Positions 25,135-36,344 of a DNA stretch of 64,000 nt are shown here, in pieces. Below the pieces are notes generated by a model. The model saw nothing but the letters and a program-made list of their open reading frames with translations. It did no database searches and was not told the origin of the DNA. How positions within the stretch are numbered: the stretch's first letter is position 1; each line of letters begins with the position of its first letter. The DNA lies in the NCBI RefSeq assembly GCF_963921235.1, contig NC_086108.1:104038001-104102000 (forward strand), in the 5' to 3' direction. The position numbers and the translations under genes are program-made. This DNA comes from Mobula hypostoma. Taxonomy: Eukaryota.

Positions 25135-26750
25135 GCAAATTTGTAGATAACAACCAAGATTAAGGGCAGAATGGACAGCAAAGAAAGCTATCAGCTTGCA
25201 GCGTATTTGGACTAGCTGGAAAAATGGGCTGAAAAATGGCAGATGGAACTTAGTGCGGATGAGTGTGAGGTTTGCACTTTTGGAGGATCAATCAAGGTAG
25301 GACTTACTTGGTGAATGTTAGGGCATGGAGGAGTGCAGTAGAACAAAGGGATATTGGAATAAATATCCATAATTCCTTGAAAGTGGTGTCACAGGTAGAT
25401 AGAGTTGTAAAGAGAGCTTTGTCACATTGTCCTTCACAAATCAAAGTATTTAGTACATGTGTTGGGATGTTATGGTGAAGTTCAAATTAATTTATCATCA
25501 AGGCATATATATATGTCATGATATACAACCCTGAGATTAATTTGCTTGTGGGTATACTCAGTACATCCAATAACCATAATAGAATCAATGAAAGACCGCA
25601 CCAACAGGGCAGACAACCAGTATGCAAAAGACATTAACTTGTGCAAATTTCTTTCATTGTACAAAATGAAAGAAAAAATTAGAAATAATAATAATAATAA
25701 ATAAACAAATATGAATATCAAGAACATGAGATGAAGAGTCCTTGAACATGAGTCCATAGGTTGTGGGAACAGTGATGGGGCAAGTGAAGTTATCCCCTCC
25801 AGTTCAGGAGCCGGATGGTTGAGGGGTAATAATTGTTCCTGAACCTGGTGGTGTGTGTCCTGAAGCTCTTGTACCTTCTTCCTGATGGCGGCAGCAAAAG
25901 GAGAGCATGGCCTTGCTGGTGAGGGGCCCTGATGATGGATGCTGCTTTCCTGCAGCAGTGTTTCATGTAGAGGTGCTCAATGGTAGGGAGGGTTTTACCC
26001 ATGGTGGATTGGGCCATGTCCATTAGATTTTGCCCGATTTTCCCTTCAAGGGCATTGGTGTTTCTATGCCAGGCTGTGATGCAGCTAGTGAACATACTCT
26101 CCATTGCACATCTGCAGAAGTTCGTCACATTTACAGATGTCATACTGAACCTTGGCAAACTCCCGAGGAAGTAGAGGAAGTGAGGAACTTGAAAAGACAT
26201 TGGTGAGTCCTACCTTGGAGCATTGTGTGCAGTTCTAGCGACTGTCCCACAGGAAGGATATCAATAAGATTGTAAGGTGCAGAGAAAATTTACAAGGATA
26301 TTGCCTGGACTGAGGACCTGAGTTATAGGGAAAGCTTGAATAGATTAGGACTTCATTTCGTAGAGTGTAGGAGAATAAGGGACGATTTGATAGAAATATA
26401 CAAAATTATGAGGGATTTAGATAGGGTAAATGCAAGCAGGCTTTTTCCACTAAGGTTGGGTAAGACTAGAAATAGAGGTCATGGGTTACAGGTGATAGGT
26501 AAAATGTTTAAAGGGAACACGAAGGGTGACTTCTTCATTCAGAGGTTGGTAAGAGTATGGAATGAACTGCCAGCACAAGTAGTGGATGTGGCTTTGATTT
26601 TAACATTTAAGAGAAATTTGGATAAATACATAGATGGAAGGGGTATGGAGGACTATGTTCCAAGTGCAGGTTGATGGGACGAGGCAGATTAATAGTTTAG
26701 CATGGACTAGAAGGGAAGAAGGGCCTGTTTTAGTGTTCTCTGACTCTACT
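25135..26750 (+). mobile_element. CR1 RT/3' fragment interrupted by a minus-strand Rex1-type fragment (~25478-26185)
   Basis: WAEKWQM-like start; GDFFIQRLVRVWNELP (26336..26674); inserted PSGRRYKSFRTHTTRFRNNYYP (25790..26200 -). Confidence 0.75.
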
Positions 26751-26919
26751 TTAAAGATGTTTCATGCTGCCACACAGCCAACTGAATGATTAAGAATCAG
26801 AAATATAGAGCAAGTGTTTGGTTCCTCATCGTTCTTTCTAATCTGGGACCGATCTCCATTATCAGCCTTTTTCCTACTTAGTATTTAAGGTTAATAATAA
26901 AAAAGTGTTAGGCATTTGA

Positions 26920-27215
26920 GTTTAAAGCCAACTGCAGTTTGTAAGAGGGAGTTCCATAGGTGCAGGGAAGGATGCGAGGGTCCATGACTTGGTTCATCCC
27001 CAGCAGCTGCGTTACAGAGGACTCTCTGATCTTTGGGCCATTTCTAGGGTCACACATGGAGACAAACATCAAGTGCTGCTGGAAGATTATTCGAAACCTG
27101 TCACACAGGAGTGTCCATGGAGGAATGCTGCCGCCTGACACATTCTCGGCTGCAGGAGTACACGCTGAGGGAGGTACTGAAGCCCAGTGCAGCCAATGCA
27201 AGGGTTCTGTCGGGG
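26920..27215 (+). mobile_element. Tx1/L1-clade LINE ORF2 C-terminal relic
   Basis: TEDSLIFGPFLGSHMETNIKCCWKII and ECCRLTHSRLQEYTLREVLK resemble the C-terminus of fish Tx1-like ORF2 (recognised from memory). Confidence 0.55.
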
Positions 27216-28052
27216 GGGGGGAGGAACACAAACTGGTCTCCTTCCACCATTAGACAGGGAGGGGCTGAGTCTCTTCACTGTCCCTATCTGCCCCTACCAC
27301 CTTGCCTGCACATTCCATGCACCCACCACATCTCGACTGTACTTTTTTCCATAGATGCTGCCTGGCCTGCTGAGTTCCTCCAGCATTTTGGGAGTGTTGC
27401 TTGGATTTCCAGCATCAGCAAATTTTCTCTTGTTTCTGATATCCCCCCTATATGTTCCTCCAATCACCTTAAAATCATGTCTCCTGGTATTTGCCATGAG
27501 AAGAAAAACTGATGGTTGACCACACTGTCTATGCCTCCTATCATCTTACACATCTCTAACAAGTCATCTCTCATCCTCCTTCACTCCAAAGGGAAAAGCC
27601 CTAGTTTGTGCAACCTATTCTCATGAGACATGCTCTCTAAATCAGGTAACATCCTGGTAATTCTCCTCTGCAATCTCTCTAAAGCTTCCACATCCTTCCT
27701 ATAATGAGGCGACCAGAATTGAACACAATACTTAAAGTCGCTGAGATAAGGAAGAATTTCTTTAGCCAGAAAGTGCTGCATCTGTGGAATTCATTGCCAC
27801 AGATGGCTGTGGAGGCCAAGTTATTGGGTATATTTAAAGTGGAGATTGATAGGTTCTTTATTAGTAAGGGTAATACATCAGCCTTGATGGAATGGTGGAG
27901 CAGACCCCCATGGGTTGAGAGGCCTAATAGTATTCTTATGTTTAACAGTCTAATTTCTAGTATGCTGTACATGTAGAAATGATAAAGTCGACCACCAACT
28001 GGAAAATCACAAACTTCAATCTGCAGATGCTGGAAATCCAAACATTCCACAC

Positions 28053-28996
28053 AATTTTATTAACGACCTGGATGTGGGGGTAGAAGGGTGGGTTGGCAAG
28101 TTTGCAGATGACACAAAGGTTGGTGGTGTTGTAGATAGTGTAGAGGATTGTCAAAGATTGCAAAGAGACATTGATAGGATGCAGAAGTGGGCTGAGAAGT
28201 GGCAGATGGAGTTCAACCCGGAGAAGTGTGAGGTGGTACACTTTGGAAGGACAAACTCCAAGGCAGAGTACAAAGTAAATGGCAGGATACTTGGTAGTGT
28301 GGAGGAGCAGAGGGATCTCGGGGTACATGTCCACAGATCCCTGAAAGTTGTCTCACAGGTGGATAGGGTAGTTAAGAAAGCTTATGGAGTGTTAGCTTTC
28401 ATAAGTCGAGGGATAGAGTTTAAGAGTCGCGAGGTAATGATGCAGCTCTATGAAACTCTGGTTAGGCCACACTTGGAGTACTGTGTCCAGTTCTGGTCGC
28501 CTCACTATAGGAAGGATGTGGAAGCATTGGAAAGGGTACAGAGGAGATTTACCAGGATGCTGCCTGGTTTAGAAAGTATGCATTATGATCAGAGATTAAA
28601 GGAGCTAGGGCTTTACTCTTTGGAGAGAAGGAGGATGAGAGGAGACATGATAGAGGTGTACAAGATATTGAGAGGAATAGATAGAGTGGATAGCTAGCAC
28701 CTCTTCCCCTGGGCACCACTGCTCAATACAAGAGGACATGGCTTTAAGGTAATGGGTGGGAAGTTCAAGGGGGATATTAGAGGAAGGTTTTTTTTCAGAG
28801 AGTGGTTGGTGCGTGGAATGCACTGCCTGAGTCAGTGGTGGAGGCAGATACACTAGTGAAGTTTAAGAGACTACTGGACAGGTATATGGAGGAATTTAAG
28901 GTGGGGGGGGTTATATGGGAGGCAGGGTTTGAGGGTCGGCACAGCATTGTGGGCCGAAGGACCTGTACTGTGCTGTACTATTCTATGTCTATGTTA
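28053..28996 (+). mobile_element. Young 5'-truncated CR1 LINE inserted into a Penelope pLTR
   Basis: ORF 28074..28697 KFADDTK...RPHLEYCVQFWSPHYRKD; (TTCTATG)n tail; flanks ...CCACACA | AAAATGCTGGAGGAAC rejoin the pLTR. Confidence 0.88.
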
Positions 28997-29953
28997 AAAT
29001 GCTGGAGGAACTCTGCAGGCCAGGCAGCATCTATGGAAATGAGTAAACAGTCGACGTTTTGGGCCGAGACCCTGCCACTGATCTGAGAGGGAAGTGGGGA
29101 GCTACCTGAATTAAGTGGAGGTGGCATGAGAAAAAGGCTAGCTGGAAGGTGATAAGTGAAGCCAGGGGGTGGGAAAGGTCAAGGGCTGGCAAGGAAAGAA
29201 TCTAATAGGAGAGGAGAGTGGACTATAGGGGAAAGGAAAGGAGGAGGGGATCCAAGGGGGAAATAATAGGCAGGTGAGAAGAAGTAAAAGGTCAGAGTGG
29301 GGAACAGAGGAAGGTGGAGGGGGTGGAATTTTGTTCACCAGAAGGACAAATCGATATTCATGCCATCAGGTTGCAGGTCACACAGTTGGAATATAAGGTG
29401 TTGCTCCTCCACCCTGAATGTGTCCTTATCTTGGCACAAGAGGAAGCCATGGGTCAGCACAACGGAATGGAAATGGGAATGGAAATTATAATGCTTGGCC
29501 ATCAGGAAATCCTAATTGTGGTAATTAGAAACTTTCATCTTAGATTCCTCTTTGCTGCAGCACCGGGAAACCTAGCAACCAATCGGTAAACTACACGTTT
29601 CCCATAAATACCAAGAGGAAAATGATATTTGCTGAAGAACAAATATGAAGTGCAACATTTCCTTTTATTCCTTGAGTAAAGCTGCAGAGGTCTGTAGATC
29701 AGGCAGTTCCCTCATGGGCACTAGCCTCCCCACCGTCAAGAACGTCATCAAAAGGTGATGTCCCAGGAAGATGATACCATTCTTAAGGACTCTCACCACC
29801 CAGGACATGGCCACTACCGTTAGAAAGGAAGTATAGGAGCCTGAAGATACACACTCAACGTTTTAGGAACAGCTTCTTTCCTCCCACCATCCAATTTATG
29901 AATGGTCTTTCAACCCATGAACCCTACCTCACTATTTGTACTCATGTACAAAT

Positions 29954-31392
29954 GTGCGTAGGGAGCGTTCCCTTCGGAAAGCAGAAAGGGGGTGGAGGGA
30001 AAGATGTGCTTGGTGGTGGGATCCCGTTGGAGGTGGCAGAAGTTACGGAGAATTATATGTTGGACCCGGAGGCTGGTGGGGTGGAGACAGGTTATCTACT
30101 GATGTCTACGATAAGCCTACGGACACTCACAGCTACCTGGACTATTTCTCTTCCCACCCTGTCTCTTGCAAAAATGCCGTCCCCTTTTCGCAATTCCTCT
30201 GTCTCCGCCGCATCTGCTCTCAGGATGAAGCTTTTCATTCCAGGACGAAGGAGATGTCTTCCTTTTTTAAAGAAAGAGGCTTCCCTTCCTCCACCATCAA
30301 CTCTGCTCTCAAACGCATCTCCTAAAATCTCTCCCATTTCACGCACATCTGCTCTTACCCCATCCTCCCACCATCCCACTAGGAATAGGGCTCCCCTTGT
30401 CCTCATCTACCACCCCACCAACCTCCGGGTCCAACATACAATTCTCTGTAACTTCCGCCACCTCCAAGGGAATCCCACCACCAAGCACATCTTTCCTTCA
30501 CACTCTCTTTCTGCTTTCCGCAGGGATCACTCCCTGCACGACTCCCTTGTCCATTCATCCTCCCCATCCCTTCCCACCGATCTCCCTCCCGGCACTTATC
30601 CTTGTAAGCCGAACAAGTGCTACGCATGCCCTTACACTTCCTCCCTCACCACCATTCAGGGCCCCAAACAGTCCTTCCAGGTGAGGCGACACTTCACCTG
30701 TGAGTCGGCTGGGGTGATATATTGCGTCTGGTGCTCCCAGTGCGGCCTTCTATATATTGGCAAGACCCGACGCAGGCTGGGAGATCATTTTGCTGAACAC
30801 CAATGCTCTGTTCGCCAGAGAAAGCAATATCTCCCAGTGGCCACACATTTTAGTTCCACATCCCATTCCCATTCTGATATGTCTATCCACGGCCTCCTCT
30901 ACTGTCAAGTTGAAGCCACACTCAGGTTGGAGGAACAACACCTTATATTCCGTCTGGGTAGCCTCCAACCTGATGGCATGATATTGACTTCTCTAACTTC
31001 CGTTAATGCCCCTCCTCCCCTCCATCCCTTAATTATTTATTTTATATATTTTTTTATTCCCCCCTTTTCTTCCTCTCTCTCCTTTTTCTCCCTTTGTCCC
31101 TCTCACCATAACGCCTTGCCTGCTCTCCACCCTCCGTGCTCCCCTCCCCCTTCTCTTTCTCCCCAGGCTTCCCATCCCATGATCCTCTCCCTTCTCCAGC
31201 CTTGTATCCCTTTTGCCAATCAACTTTCCAGCTCTTAGATCCACCCCTCCTCCTCCTGTCTTCTCCTATCATTTCAGATCTCCCCCTCCCCCCCCACTTT
31301 CAAATCTCTTACTATCTCTTCTTTCAGTTAGTCCTGACTGTATCTCTTCCTATCGATGCTGCCTGGCCTGCTGTGTTCCCCAGCATTTTTTG
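29954..31392 (+). mobile_element. Penelope-like element (RT end + GIY-YIG endonuclease + pLTR) with inverted 5' segment
   Basis: STDVYDKPTDTHSYLDYFSSHP; GVIYCVWCSQCGLLYIGKTRRRLGDHFAEH; LEEQHLIFRLGSLQPDGM; 29954-30084 is the reverse complement of ~30410-30539. Confidence 0.88.
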
Positions 31393-31464
31393 TAAACGTA
31401 AAGTATATCAGGATCTTTTGGATACTGTTGAGGTTCTGGGCCATGAAGATAAAGATTGATATCA

Positions 31465-32200
31465 AAATCAAGGATGTTACCGGATCCGGAGGACCTGATT
31501 TATAAGGAAAGTTTGAATAGCTTGGAACTTTTATCCTTGAAACCGAGAAGATTGAATGGAGAATTGATAGAGATATCCAAAATTATGAGAAGTATAGGAA
31601 GAGTTAATGTAAAGTGGCTTTTCCCACTGAGGCTGGGTGGGACTACAATTAGAGGTCATGGGTTAAGGGCGAAAGGTATAATTAGAGGTCATGGGTTAAG
31701 GGTGAAAGGTGAACATTTTAAGGGGAACATGAGGAGGAACTTCTTCACTCAGAGAGTAGTAAAGTGTGGAACGAGCTGCCAGTGCAGGTGAGATTGATTT
31801 CAATGTTTAAGAGAAGTTTGGACAGGTACATGGATGGTAGAGGTCTGGAGGACTATGGTCCTGGTGCAGGTCAATGGGAGTATGTGGTTTAAATAGAGCG
31901 TCATAGGAAGTCATTCCTGCCTGTGGCCATCAAGCTTTACAACTCCTCCCTTAGAGGGTCAGACACCCTGAGCCAATAGGCTGGTCCTGGACTTATTCCT
32001 AGCATAATTTACATATTACTATTTAACTATTTATGGTTTTATTACTATTTAATAATTTATGGTGCAACTGTAACGAAAACCAATTTCCTCCGGGATCAAT
32101 AAAGTATGACTATGACTATGACTCTGACTAAATAGTTTGGCACAGACTAGATAGGCTGAAGGGCCTGTTTCTGTGCTGTACTTCTCTATGACTGTGACTC
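31465..32200 (+). mobile_element. CR1 3' fragment carrying a young Rex1-type insertion (31897-32128)
   Basis: RRNFFTQRVV motif; insert ends in (TATGAC)n and is flanked by TSD TAAATAG (31890-31896 and 32129-32135). Confidence 0.8.
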
Positions 32201-33894
32201 TGTGACACTGCAGAAACGTTTCTATCAAGAGTTGGAGGTCTCCCAGTATCAGGCAGCTTATGGGATATTGCTGGTGCATGAACTTCATAGTGAGCAATTC
32301 CAATTATAAATGGCAGGAGAGGTGGCTGCATTCTGTTCAGGTCACTCTGCCTTGAAATAAATCCGGCTCCTTGAGCTGACAGTGATGTGAAAGAGCAAAA
32401 GTTCCCTAAATTAAAAAATACAGGCCGTACTACGCTATGATTAGTGTTAGGGGAATGATTAGCCAGTTAGCTCCCTTACCATTTCAGTTCTCCTGGGTAT
32501 TTGCCAGGTTTCCAGAAGACTAATTGTGACTCTTTTTCTATTTTTTGTTGTGTGCACCGTGTTAGTTTATTATTCATCAAAACACTGCGTTTCAAATTCA
32601 GCAGACAAGCAAATAAAGTGGAAGTATGCTACCCTTGAAACCAAAAGCCAACGATTTGCCTGTACCTCACAACTTGCAAGTGTCCCATGCCAACCAATAA
32701 GCACATCTAATTTAACTTTAGAACTGCAACCAATTAGCCATAGGAACAACCGAGGATTGTTCTTAAAGAGGCAGCTCAGTTTGGAGGCTAAATATTATAA
32801 CGAAGCTTCAAGCACCACAGCTGGTGCGCATTCATGGGATTTGAAGATGGATATGAGGAAGTTTTGGAAGTTTACCAGCAGAGTTTTTGTTACTGTATCA
32901 GCATTCAGATGCATGGATTATGGTTCCAAGACCACGAATCCCACCATGCAGCAGGGAAAGTCGAAATTCAATTCCAAACACAAGGAGTTGCTGTCTCATG
33001 TTTCCTTATGATATTCAAGGAACAGAATACTGAACATTACAACACAGTACAGGCCCTTCAGCCCTTAATGCTGTGCTGATCTTTTAACAAACTCTAAAAT
33101 CAATGTAACCCTTCCCTCCCATGTAGCCCTCCATTTTCCTATCATATATCTGCCTATGTTCTTAATGTATCTGTCACTACCACCATCCCTGGCAGGGCGT
33201 TCCATACATTCATCACTCTCTATATAAAGAACTTACCTCTGACATCCTCCCCTAAACTTTCCTCCAATTATCTTAAAATTATACCCTGTCGTGTTAGCCA
33301 TTTCCACCCTCCTCCTGTCCCCCTTCTGTCTTCTTCCAGTCCCCATTCTGACTCCCCTCTCACTGCTTCTCTCTTGTTTCCATACGTATCACCTCCCCTT
33401 GGTGTCTCTCCCCCTTGCCTTTCTCCATTCACTGTCCTCTCCTATCAGATTCCTTCTTCTTTGGCCCTTTACCTTCATATTATCTATTTCTGCCCTTGGA
33501 AAAAGTCTCTGCCTATCTACTTGATTTACAGCATGCCTTTCATTATCTTGTACACCTCCATCAAGTCACCTCTCACCCTTCTTTGTTCCAAAGAGGAAAG
33601 CTCTAGCTCATTCAACTGATCCTCATATGACATGCTCTCTAATCCAGGCAGCTTCCTGGTAAGCCTCCTCTGCATCCTCCCTAAAGCTTCTACCTCCTTC
33701 CGATAATGACGAGACCACAGCAACAAAACTGGTTACCATGTAACTGAAGGATTCCAGACCCAAGCGACTGAATTACTGACCCTGACCCAATACATCAACT
33801 GTTCACTTCCCTCCAAAGGATGCTGTTTGACACACGGAGCTCCTTCAGCACCTGCAGTCTCTTTTGTCTCTTTTTCATGTCAAGCATGTGGCAC

Positions 33895-34430
33895 CACGGC
33901 TGGGATGGAGACAAAGTCTCCAAAAAGTGGTGGACACAGTCCAATCCGCAACAGGCAGAGCCTTCCTCACCATTGGGCACATCTACTTGGAGCGCTGGCG
34001 CAAGAAATCAGCATCCATCATCAGGGACCCCAAACATCCAGACCGTGCTCTCTTCTCGCTGCTGCCATCAGGAAGGAGATACAGGAGCCTTAGGTTCCAC
34101 ACCACCAGGTTCAGGAACAGTTTTAACGTTCAACCATCAGGCTCTAGAACCAGCATGAATAACTTCACTTCCCTCAACACTGAACCGATTCCACAACCTA
34201 TCGACTCATTTTCAAGGATTCTACAACTCCTGTTCTCAGTATTATTTACTTATCAATCTACCTATCTATGTATCTATCTATAAATCTATCTACTGTATCT
34301 ATTTTTAAATTTGCACAGTGGTTGTTGTCAGTCTTTGTGTAGTTTTTCATTGATTTGATTGTATGTCTTTGTTTTACTATGAATGCCTGCAAGAAAATGA
34401 ATCTCTAGGTAGTATGTGGTGACATATATG
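33895..34430 (+). mobile_element. Rex1/Babar-type 3' fragment
   Basis: SLQKVVDTVQS...[26 protein letters not shown]; similar fragments at ~39280-40110, 40650-41320 and 49860-50577 (-). Confidence 0.75.
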
Positions 34431-34436
34431 TAAATA

Positions 34437-34981
34437 GAGTATTGTGCAAAAGTCTTAGGAACATATACATAGCTGGCGTGTCTAAGACTTTTGCACAATC
34501 CTGTAGTAATTGTATATATTGAACTGTACCAATAACACAAAAAATACAAATTTCATGACATATGCGAGTGATGATAAATCTGATTCTGATATGGGTCTCA
34601 ATTGTGGACTGGGAGTGGAAAAGGTGCAGGGAGAGGGGAATCGTGGTTGGGAAAGAGGGAAAGGAGAGGGGAGGGAGTGGGAAGCACCTGAGAGACATTC
34701 TGCAATGATCAATGAGACAATTGGTTGGTATCAAATGACCTAGCCTGGTGTCGCAGGGTTGGGTGTGTCTGCATCCGTACCACCTCCCGCCTCTGGTATT
34801 CCTTCTCTGCCACCTGTCCCACACCTCTCCCACAGCACTCTACCCTCAACATTCCCAACATCTATTGTCCCCACCAGATTTACCAATTTGCTCTCCATTC
34901 CACATTGACAAATACAGTACTGTGCAAAAGTCTAAGGCTCCCATGCTGTAAGTATGTGCCTAAGACTTCTGCACAGTACTG
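34437..34981. mobile_element. Pair of 67-bp Tc1-like hairpin MITEs (34437-34503, 34915-34981), possibly ends of one composite element
   Basis: Each is CAGTACTGTGCAAAAGTC...GACTTTTGCACAGTACTG (imperfect) flanked by TA on both sides. Confidence 0.7.
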
Positions 34982-35398
34982 TAGACTGGCAATAAATTCA
35001 CACCCTTGAACTTTGAACCTTGAACTATGAATTAAATAGTAAGTTTCTTGAGCATATGTGTGTACTTTTATGGTTATTAAAATTGGCAGGATCTGAGCAA
35101 AGGTCATTCTTCTAAACTTTATAACAAACAGTACATCCTTTCTCTTCCTGTCTCTGCAGCTAGTTTAACAGGAAATCAAAGACAGGATGTGATTTTCAAG
35201 TTCAAGTTCAGTTTATTGTCATTCAGCTGTACACACATACACCACCAAATGAAACAATGCTCCTCCAGACCAAACACAGAATGTATAGCTCATACACATA
35301 ACATAAAAAGTAATACTGTATTACCACAAATAACTTAACAAATAATAAGGTGCATTTATAATACAAGTTAAAAAAGTAAACAATATAAATGTTACTGG

Positions 35399-36344
35399 AA
35401 TGCAGCAGGTCAGGCAGCATCTCTAGGAAGAGGTACAGTCGACATTTCGGGCCGAGACCCTTCGTCAGGACTAACTGAAGGAAGAGTTAGTAAGAGATTT
35501 GAAAGTGGGAGGGGGAGGGGGAGATCCGAAATTGTAGGAGAAGACAGGAGGGGGAGGGATGGAGCCAAGAGCTGGACAGGTGATAGGCAAAAGGGATACG
35601 AGAGGATCATGGGACAGGAGGAGGGGAGCACCAGAGGAAGATGGAGAGCAGGCAAGGAGATACAGTGAGAGGGACAGAGGGAGAAAAAAGATAGAGAGAA
35701 AGAAAGGGAAAAAAAATAATAATAAATAGCGGATGGGGTAAGAAGGGGAGGAGGGGCATTAACGGAAATTAGAGTAGTCGATGTTCATGCCATCAGGTTG
35801 GAGGCTACCCAGATGGAATATAAGGTGTTGTTCCTCCAACTTGAGTGTGGCTTCATCTTGACAATAGAGGAGGCCATGGATAGACATGTCAGTATGGGAA
35901 AAGGACGTGGAATTAAAATGTGTGGCCACTGAGAGATCCTGCTTTCTCTGGCAGACAGAGCATAGGTGTTCAGCGAAACGGTCTCCCCTCTGTCCCTCTT
36001 ACTGTAACTCTTTGCCTGCTCTCCATCTTCCTCTGGTGCTCCTCTCCTCCCGTCCCATGATCCTCTCCCTTCTCCAGTCTCGTATCCCTTTTGCCAATCA
36101 ATCTTCCAGCTCTTAGCTCCATCCCTCCCCGTCCTGTCTTCTCCTATCATTTTGGATCTACCCCTCCCCCTCCCACTTTCAAATCTCTTACTATCTCTTC
36201 TTTCAGTTAGTCCTGACAAAGGGTCTCGGCCCGAAATGTCGACTGTACCTCTTCCTATAGATGCTGCCTGACCTGCTGCGTTCCACCAGCATTTTGTGTG
36301 TGTCGCTTGAATTTCCAACATCTGCAGATTTCCTTGTGTTTGCG
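35399..36344. mobile_element. Penelope insertion with inverted (outward-facing) pLTRs
   Basis: ~35401-35690 is the reverse complement of ~35985-36285; GIY-YIG 3' end on the minus strand between them; flanked by ~16-bp direct repeat AATATAA(A)TGTTAC(T/C)GG. Confidence 0.8.
35436..35472 (-). ncRNA. Minimal type I hammerhead ribozyme motif, best-preserved copy
   Basis: Minus strand reads AGTC-CTGACGA-AGGGTCTCGGCCC-GAAAT-GTC-GACTG: intact core, stem II, GUC triplet and AGTC/GACT stem I. Confidence 0.65.

Noticed and set aside
29898..31238. 446-aa ORF as a novel or domesticated GIY-YIG gene
   Set aside because: Chimera of an inverted segment, out-of-frame RT and in-frame endonuclease of a decayed Penelope.
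7066..34300. Microsatellites (GT)n ~7066-7086, (GA)n ~23315-23340, (TATC)n ~34250-34300
   Set aside because: Short, ordinary simple repeats, mostly expansions within TE tails.
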